Under the pieces are notes generated by a model. The model had not been told where the DNA came from, searched no databases, and saw only the letters and a list, made by a program, of their open reading frames with translations. Positions 55,243 through 64,000 of a DNA stretch of 64,000 bases are shown piece by piece. A program made the position numbers and the translations under genes. The DNA is from Octopus vulgaris (lineage: Eukaryota), in assembly GCA_951406725.2 (NCBI GenBank), contig OX597836.1, positions 41,354,001-41,418,000 on the forward strand. Direction: 5' to 3'. Positions within the stretch are counted from its first letter, which is position 1. Each line of letters opens with the position of its first letter.

Positions 55243-55649
55243 GGCGCAGGTGTGGCTGTGTGGTAAGTAGCTTGCTAACCAACCACATGGTTGCGGGTTC
55301 AGTCCCACTGCGTGGTATCTTGGGCAAGTGTCTTCTGCTATAGCCCCGGGCCGACCAATGCCTTGTGAGTGGATTTGGTAGACGGAAACTGAAAGAAGCC
55401 TGTCGTATATGTATATGTATATGTGTGTGTGTGTGTTTGTGTGTCTGTGTTTGTCCCCCTAGCATTGCTTGACAACCGATGCTGGTGTGTTTACGTCCCC
55501 GTCACTTAGCGGTTCGGTAAAAGAGACCGATAGAATAAGTACTGGGCTTACAAAGAATAAGTCCCGGGGTCGATTTGCTCGACTAAAGGCGGTGCTCCAG
55601 CATGGCCGCAGTCAAATGACTGAAACATGTAAAAGAGTAAAAGAGAGTA
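55243..55649 (+). mobile_element. SINE family A, full length
   Basis: Family A head and tail. Confidence 0.9.
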
Positions 55650-56439
55650 TATATATAATTGTCACTTAATATGGCTACATTGCTAGAAATAAGAGTTAAA
55701 ATGCTCTAATGCTGTAGTCAGAGCACATAATTGTATAAAAACCTGTCACAACCACAACCACTGTCAGCAAGAACGCGACCACCATTACGATCACCTTTAA
55801 GAACCACCACAGCCAACATACACTGCCACCACCACCACCACCACTACTACAACCATCACCACAACCCCTATCTTTGCCCCTGCTAGTAACAACAACAACA
55901 ACAGCACGAACGGGTTCGTTGATGGTTTACTGTAAGGTTCATTTGTTGAACTTTGAGACAGAATCGCAACGATTGGAAGGTTGAAGGTCATGTGACTGAG
56001 ACATGTGACAATGACATATTAACTAAATGTTTTTTTTCTTTTCTTTTCCACCCTTAAAGACACAATTAAGGGAGAGAAAGAGAAAGAGAGAGAGATATGT
56101 GTATAGAGAGAGGTAGGTAGGGAGAGGATAGCGAGTGGAAGTGTGGGGTGAGGTGGAGGGATGGAATGTAGATCGTAAGAAGATAGGCGGTAATGATGGA
56201 TGTAGTGCGGGTGCGGCGGTGGAGTAGAATTAGCATTGTAGGGCAGTGGGTCATCTTGGTGGAGAGATGAGAAAGAGATAGAGATAGATAGAGAGAGAGA
56301 GGGAGAGAAAGAAAGAAAGAAAGTAAGGGAGAAATAAAGGGAGAGAGGAGGAAGAAGGGGAAAGGAAAATGTGTTTGCAGCGAAGAGAACTGGTAATGTG
56401 TCGTAGCATACACCAGCACATACTCACTCGCAGACACAC

Positions 56440-56534
56440 ATATACATACATACATACATACATACATACATACATACATACATTCATACATACATACATA
56501 CACACATACATACATACATACATACATACATACA

Positions 56535-56568
<34 letters not shown>

Positions 56569-56952
56569 CATACATACATACATACATACATACATACATA
56601 CACATACATACATACATACATACATACATACATACATACATACATACATACATACATACATACATACATACATACATACATACATACATACATACATACA
56701 TACATACATACTTACATATATATATACATACATACATACGTACATACATACATACATGCATACATACATATATATATACATACATACATACATACATACA
56801 TACATACATGCATACATACATATATATATACATACATACGTACATACATACATACATGCATACATACATATATATATACATACATACATACATACATACG
56901 TACATACATACATACATACATACCTACATACATACATACATACATACATGCA

Positions 56953-56986
<34 letters not shown>

Positions 56987-57084
56987 CATACATACATACA
57001 TACATACATACATACATACATACATACATACATACATACATACATACATACATACATACATACATACATACATACATACATACA

Positions 57085-57120
<36 letters not shown>

Positions 57121-57318
57121 TACATACATACATACGTACATACATACATACATGCATACATACATATATATATACATACATACATACATACATACGTACA
57201 TACATACATACATACATACATACATACATACATACATACATACATACATACATACATACATACATACATACATACATACATACGTGCATACATATATGCA
57301 TACATACATACATATATA
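56440..57318. repeat. (CATA)n microsatellite
   Basis: Read directly. Confidence 0.95.
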
Positions 57319-57427
57319 CAGGCACGCCTATATAATTGAAAGAAGATGAAATACGTCGTTAAAATAAGAATGTTTGCGTATATATGTGTTTGTGTCAGTA
57401 TGCATACATACAAAAATATTAGTATAT

Positions 57428-57463
<36 letters not shown>

Positions 57464-57514
57464 ACACATATATATATGCATCTATGTATGTATATTTATA
57501 TGTATATATGTACA

Positions 57515-57916
57515 GGCGCAGGAATGACTGTGTGGTAAGTAGTTCCGGGTTCAGTCCCACTGCGTGGCACCTTGGGCAAGTGTCTTTCTCCTATAGCCTC
57601 GGGCCGACCAAAGCCTTGTGAGTGGATTTGGTAGACGGAAACTGAAAGAAGCCCGTCGTATATATGTATATGTATATATATATGTGTGTGTGTTTGTGTG
57701 TCTGTGTTTGTGCCCCCTCCCAACATCACTTGACAACCGATGGTGGTGTGTTTATGTCACCGTAACTTAGCGGTTCGACAAAAGAGTTCGATAGAATAAG
57801 TACTAAGCTTACAAAGAATAAGTCCGAGGGTCGATTTGCTCGACAAAAGGCGGTGCTCCAGCATGACCACAGTCAAATGATTGAAACAAGTAGAAGAGTA
57901 AAGAGTAAAAGAGAGT
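57515..57916 (+). mobile_element. SINE family A (deletion in tRNA head)
   Basis: Family A head and tail. Confidence 0.88.
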
Positions 57917-57925
57917 ATATAAGTA

Positions 57926-58208
57926 TATCACGTGATCACGTGACCGACCAGCTTATCAGATGTTGCCACACATTATTAGCCTTCAAATGACGCCACCCCG
58001 CTGGCTAAGCAAGCAGGCCAACAGAAAGAAAGAGTGCGAGAAAGTTGTGGCGAAAGAGCACAGCAAGGATCGCCACCACCTGCCGGAGTATCGTGGAGCT
58101 TTTAGGTGTTTTCGCTCAATAGATACTCACAACGCCCGGTCGTGGAATCGAAACCGCGATCCTACGACCGCGAGTCCGCTGACCTAACCACTGAGCCATT
58201 GCGCCTCT
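57926..58208 (-). mobile_element. SINE family B, tail type 3
   Basis: Matches 33183-33471 and 60373-60674. Confidence 0.85.
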
Positions 58209-58288
58209 ACACACACACACACACACACATGTGTACCGTTGGCGATTTTTCCCTCCGTATTCCCTTCCTTGGATCTTTCCTTTTTCTA

Positions 58289-58323
58289 TGTTTCTGATGA
58301 AGAGCTCCGCTCGAAACGTTAAA
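58289..58323 (+). ncRNA. Minimal type I hammerhead motif
   Basis: ttt CUGAUGA a gagc-tcc-gctc GAAA cg UU aaa. Confidence 0.7.
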
Positions 58324-58429
58324 TCCTCCTTCTTTCTTTCCTTTCCTGAGCGTTCAATAACGCCATACTTGTTCCACGTCCTCGCGTTGCTGTGTTTTCT
58401 CTTTGTGTTTTCATGTTTGGATTAACTAC

Positions 58430-58461
<32 letters not shown>

Positions 58462-58557
58462 TAAATAAACAAAATATATGCATACATACACACATATATG
58501 TACGTACCTACATCTACATGTATATATACATGCATATATATATATATATATATATAT

Positions 58558-58605
<48 letters not shown>

Positions 58606-59116
58606 TTATACACACGCACGCGCATACGCACGCACACACACGCACACGTACACACACATAGACACTCGTATGTTATTCAATATTACAATTTCAACAAATT
58701 CTACGTCGCAAGTAAATATATAAACTCTTGTACAAACAAGACCTTACACTCCATATATACTCACACACACATATACATATAAATATAAATATATATATGA
58801 GGGAAAACGGAGATGAGCGTTTGCAAGAATTCGATCCACCCAGTATCTGTCCCTTGCGGGTGGGATATTGTACAGATAGTTGTGTTGCGCCCACCGGTGC
58901 AAGATGCTTCTTGTCGGGTGTCTCGTTTTATAAAGTTACTTCGTGGTATAAAGATTTTTGCGAATTCCATTTACCGTTTTTCTCATTCATTCTAATCTCA
59001 ACGAACACTGCGGAATTTCTGACGTAGATCCAGTGACGCTTATATCAAACTGTTGATGACATCAGATAGCCTAAACGGTGAAAGTGCTTTAATTGGCATA
59101 CCCAAGGTCCCCCACC

Positions 59117-59182
<66 letters not shown>

Positions 59183-59300
59183 GAGATGGTGTCAGCTCTT
59201 CTGGTGACGTTGATGTTCGCCTGGGGCTAAATGCATCAGTAACACCCCCACCACCCCGCCCTTACCCTAGCCACATTCAGATGGCTGATCCCCCTTATGT

Positions 59301-59333
<33 letters not shown>

Positions 59334-59751
59334 TTCCTCTCTCTCTCCCCCTCACTGTTCTTCATGGTCTCCTCGCACCATTCCCCTTCTTCTCTCTCTT
59401 CCTCTTGCTCCTCCTCCCCATTCCCGTCGTCCATCTGCGACGTACTTCCGTCGTAACTGCTATCCCGTCCTTTCTCGCCTGCCTTCTAAGGCCACTGGTC
59501 GACATCTTCCTCTCTCGTCGTCCACTATAATCCAGCGTTTGCAATACTTTTTTCGTCTGGCGTTAACAGCCCTTCTTATCTTGTTCTCCTTGTCCTGTCT
59601 CTCACTGTTATATATTTATTTTTCCACTGTTTATATATATATTTTTTACTGTTTATATGTTTGTACTGTCGTTACCGTCTTGCTTTTTTTACCCCTCTGC
59701 GACAAGATCTCAGAATTTTAATTGATTTGCTTTTCGCAGGAAGGAATTTTT

Positions 59752-59826
59752 CATTCGAAGTATACGTCTCGCTTTTATCCTTCGAAACGTTTAGTAGATG
59801 AAACTTTAGCGACTGAAGAAGGGGAT
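59752..59826 (+). ncRNA. Candidate type II (permuted) hammerhead motif, degenerate
   Basis: cattc GAAg tatacg UC tcgct..loop..agcga CUGAAGA agggg. Confidence 0.45.
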
Positions 59827-60012
59827 TTTTCGTTGTGCTTATTGTCCTGTATCTCCTTTTTTTGCTTGTTTTGTTCCTTGGTTTGTGTCTATGTTTTTCG
59901 TCTCTCTATGTGTTCGACGTCCTTTTGGTGTCCTGTACACATATATGCGTGTATATGTACATGTAGAGGTAGGTACGTACATATATGTTTATATATATGC
60001 ATATATTTTATT

Positions 60013-60091
<79 letters not shown>

Positions 60092-60372
60092 ATATATATA
60101 TGTATATATATATGCCAATTTTTTATATGTACACACATATATTCATATACACGGCTATGTGTTGTGTGTCTGGCTGGGTGTGCCTGTGCGTATGTGAGCA
60201 CATGTGCATGTGTGTGTGTGTATGTGTGCGTGTGCGAGTGTGTGCACGCATGTATTTATGTAACCACAAAAAATTTGGGAGTGTTCCATGACAGGGGATA
60301 TATTAATTTAGAAATTATCCTGTTGCACATATATACGCGCTTGCATATTTTCCTACATATATACATACACTT

Positions 60373-60674
60373 GTGGAGGCGCAATGGCCCGGTGGTTCGG
60401 GCAGCGGACCCGCGGTCGTAGGATCGCGGTTTCGTTTCCCAGACCGGGCGTTGAGTGTTTATTGAGCGAAAACACCTAAAGCTCCACGAGGCTCCAGCAG
60501 GGGGTAGTGGCGATCCCTGCTGTGCTCTTTCGCCACAACTTTCTCTCACTCTTTCTTTCTGTTGGCCTGCTCGCTTAGCCAGCGGGGTGGCGTCATTTGA
60601 AGGCTAAAACAATGCAAAGCGCATTGTGAACAGCGATGTGTAGCAACATTTGATAGCCTGGTCGGTCACGGTGA
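60373..60674 (+). mobile_element. SINE family B, tail type 3
   Basis: Family B head with tail 3. Confidence 0.9.
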
Positions 60675-60853
60675 TATACTTACACATATCCACATATACA
60701 CACAGCTATGCATGCACGTATATTCGCATTTATATACACATACGAATTTTTAATGCATTAATCGCGTACGTACATTCGCCTGTACACACTCACACAAGCA
60801 CACACACACACGCACATACATACATACATACTTACATTTACATATATATGTAT

Positions 60854-60894
<41 letters not shown>

Positions 60895-60911
60895 AAGAAT
60901 ATATATATATA

Positions 60912-61074
60912 AGCGTAGGAGTGGCTGTGTGGTAAGTAGTTTGCTTACCAACCACATGGTTCCGGGTTCAGTCCCACTGCGTGGCATCTTGGGCAAGTCT
61001 CTTCTACTATAGCCTCGGGCCAACCAAAGCCTTGTGAGAGGATTTGGTAGACGGAAACTGAAAGAAGTCCGTCG
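60912..61074 (+). mobile_element. SINE family A, 5' half
   Basis: Family A head. Confidence 0.8.
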
Positions 61075-61412
61075 ATGCCAAACTATGAAAGACAAGCACG
61101 CGCGCCCCCCACACATGCATATGCGACGGGCTTCCGCATAGTTTCCGTTTGCTACATGTACTCACAAAGTATTTGTTCGCTTGAGATTATCGTAGGGCAC
61201 ACTTAGGTGCCGCTCAGTGTTACTGAACCCGATATGGTAACCACAAGATGAACTTAGCTAACACACACACTGAGCTCATATGCCTTGTAGTATTGAATCC
61301 CATCCGTAATATATTGTGGGCCCTCACTAATTTTTCTAGAAGATTTAGATAAGCAGATTCAGTAGAGTGTCGAACAAAATTCTTCACCGTACTTATTTAC
61401 ATTCTTCTATAT

Positions 61413-61615
61413 CAGTGCTTTTCAACATTTTTGCTGGAGCGGAACCCCAAGGAAACATTCCACTGGCTCTCGAGGAACCCCTGTGCAATAATTTAATAGT
61501 CTTATGCACACATATCTGCACAGGAGAATTAAAAATTACTGCCGATTTTAGCAGTTTTGTAACCTCTTGCGGAACCCCTGGACTGTACTGGCGGAACCCT
61601 GGTTGAAAACCACTG
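61413..61615 (-). mobile_element. hAT-type MITE
   Basis: Same TIRs; perfect 8-bp TSD ttctatat. Confidence 0.92.
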
Positions 61616-62199
61616 TTCTATATTCTGAGTTCAAATCCAGCCGAAGCCAACTCTGAGTTTCTTTCATCCAGTGTTAATAAAACAAGTACCCGTAATATAC
61701 TGTATCTTAGTAAACGGATTACATCCCTCTCCCAGTGGCTCTGTTAAAAATTTCTAGATCTACGAGTCCGAAATTAGTATAGCATACAACATAGTCTGCA
61801 TTCAGGGAATACTTTTTAATGCTACCTATAGCGCAGCAATAAACAATCTATCAAGGCGATCTGTCATTACTTCAGCTGATGTATGATGGCATTAATCGTG
61901 ACACTACATATTTCCTGCTTTGTTGACCCACAAATTCAATTGGATAAGTTGCAAATATTTGGCCTTTGACTCCTTAGTAACACAAATATCATCATAGCAT
62001 GACTAAACCTATAAATATGTACACACATATACACACACATGCACGCACGCACGTGCACATACGTATGTGCGAGAACACATGCACACACAGACTCTGCAAA
62101 TAAGCTACTCTATATAAAATAGTTTTTTTTCTTAAATATATTAAGTGCTATATTTCTCTGAACTTACCAAAAAACAAACATTAGACAACTTATATTATA

Positions 62200-62824
62200 T
62201 AGGTTGGCACAAAAGTAGGTTTACAGCTATCACAGAAGCCCTTTAATTTTCTTTTAAAACATTTTATTACATTTAAATTTCTATCTTACAAACTGAAAGG
62301 GGAGCTTGACAAAAGTAACTAAATTAGCATAGAATAATGGTTTCATATCTTTATATATAAAAGTGAAGTTGTGTGTCTGTCTCCTACGATTTAGATTCCT
62401 AACTACTCCCACATTTTGCGGTGCAGTGTAACCAAAAGCGGGTATCTTATAGTCGTGATTCATATCGAGCCCCATATTAGCGCGCGTCTACAATGAGTCT
62501 ACGATTTAAAAAACAATTTACCATCATTTTTTCCCATTTTTAATGCATTTTTTTTGCTTTTATATTAGGGAAGTAACTCTCTAAAAATGTATTATTAAAA
62601 CTCAGAACGTAAAAAGCTACAGTAACACCCCCCTTTGTGGTTAGCCATATTGAGATGGCTATTATACTTTACATCTCTAAAAATGCTTATATAGTTATTT
62701 CCCTTACAAACCGAGCAACGCCGGGCGATACTGCTAGTTATTTTATAATTAAGATCTAAATTGTTAGTATATGAATGCGAAAGAGGTAGTTGAATAACTG
62801 TAAAACTACTTTTGGGCAACCCTG
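62200..62824. mobile_element. Tc1/mariner-type MITE hosting the Helitron
   Basis: TA-flanked imperfect TIRs: taggttggcacaaaagtaggtttacag, and reverse complement cagggttgcccaaaagtagttttacag. Confidence 0.65.
62348..62737 (+). mobile_element. Non-autonomous Helitron
   Basis: 5' TC start (tctttatatataaaag..tgtgtgtctgtc), a GC-rich subterminal hairpin (ccgagcaacgccggg) and a 3' CTAG, inserted between A and T. Confidence 0.8.
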
Positions 62825-62836
62825 TATAAATATATA

Positions 62837-63773
62837 TACTAGGTTTAGTCAAAACATTTTTCGGCTTTTCACTGATTATTTTGAGAAACTTGTAGCTCCA
62901 TGTTACATCATTAATTTGACACACAACTTGTCTAATCGTTGTAACCGAATTATTTAATCTTTATTTCCATGTGTAACATATAAACATTAATTGCTTATTC
63001 TTCATTTTATAGCTTTGGTAATCAGGGGTAGTGGAGGCGCAATGGCCCAGTGGTTAGGGCAGCGGACTCGCGGTCGTAAGATCGCGGTTTCGATTCCCAG
63101 ACCGGGCGTTGTGAGTGTTTATTGAGCGAAAACACCTAAAGCTCCACGAGGCTCCGGCAGGGGATGGTGGTGATCCCTGCTGTACTCTTTCACCACAACT
63201 TTCTCTCACTCTTACTTCCTGTTTCTGTTGTGCCTGTATTTCAAAGGGCCGGCCTTGTCACTCTCTGTGTCACGCTGAATATCCCCGAGAACTGCGTTAA
63301 GGGTACACGTGTCTGTGGAGTGCTCAGCCACTTACACGTTAATTTCACGACCAGGCTGTTCCGTTGATCGGATCAACCGGAACCCTCGTCGTCGTAACCG
63401 ACGGAGTACTTCCATCCAATCAGTGGTAGAAATTAAAATGCACTTAGAGTTATTATATACTAGCTGAGGCGGAAAAACGCTAAGTAGAGGGGCAAAAACA
63501 AAAGAAGCTAATGATGTAGAAGACCCAGGAGCTGTCAACAAACGTACTGAACAAAACTGCCTCAGATGCTTCATGGAAGGTGATACTAGCCTCAAAGACT
63601 AGGTAGATCTTTGCCTTTAAAACCAGCCAAATAGTATAAGCGTGGAATTCAGCTTCTGGCTGTAACCATAGCAATAAACAAAAGAATGTGATGGAATATA
63701 TTTTGATGAACAATCGCTTTTTGTGAGCTATTAATTAAAGCTTGAAATACGATAAAACTTTTGACTCAAAGTG

Positions 63774-63776
<3 letters not shown>
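62837..63776 (+). mobile_element. Internally deleted mariner relic (with SINE B insertion)
   Basis: Imperfect TIRs at both ends. The remnant at about 63490-63600 reads EANDVEDPGAVNKRTEQNCLRCFMEGDTSLKD, resembling the mariner N-terminal HTH (..V..RT...WF.RF..GD.SL.D). Confidence 0.6.
63031..63418 (+). mobile_element. SINE family B, tail type 2
   Basis: Near-identical to 24551-24941; inserted in a mariner relic. Confidence 0.9.
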
Positions 63777-63814
<38 letters not shown>

Positions 63815-63830
63815 TATAAATATAATATAC

Positions 63831-63906
<76 letters not shown>

Positions 63907-64000
63907 GGTCCCGGGTTGAGTCGGGGTTAACCACAGTAAATAAGGTACTCAATACATAGCAGAGTAAATTAATTTATTTTATAGAAGGAGCTTCTACAGG

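Overview
This is a 64-kb eukaryotic (metazoan) genomic window. It is AT-rich, dominated by microsatellites, and has one 100-N scaffold gap. The mix of tRNA-SINEs and microsatellites resembles an octopod cephalopod genome; this is an inference and was not searched. Nearly all ORFs in the supplied track are microsatellite translations. Only one host coding exon is supported: a minus-strand terminal exon (43566-43972) encoding a 10-cysteine follistatin (FOLN+Kazal) module and a very basic K/R tail, with AATAAA signals downstream. The rest is transposon-derived: three tRNA-head SINE families, RTE, R4/Dong-like and other LINE fragments, a truncated Penelope-like element (RT + GIY-YIG), hAT and mariner MITEs, two non-autonomous Helitrons and a tRNA-iMet pseudogene. 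The main unannotated signal is about 20 hammerhead-ribozyme motifs. They lie in short non-coding elements from many unrelated sequence families, mostly embedded in (TA)n tracts and often arranged as fold-back inverted repeats. They include natural compensatory core variants (U3-A8, G3-C8), a recurrent U.U pair at the base of stem II, an A6U family and circularly permuted type II candidates. All coordinates were read by eye and may be off by a few bases.
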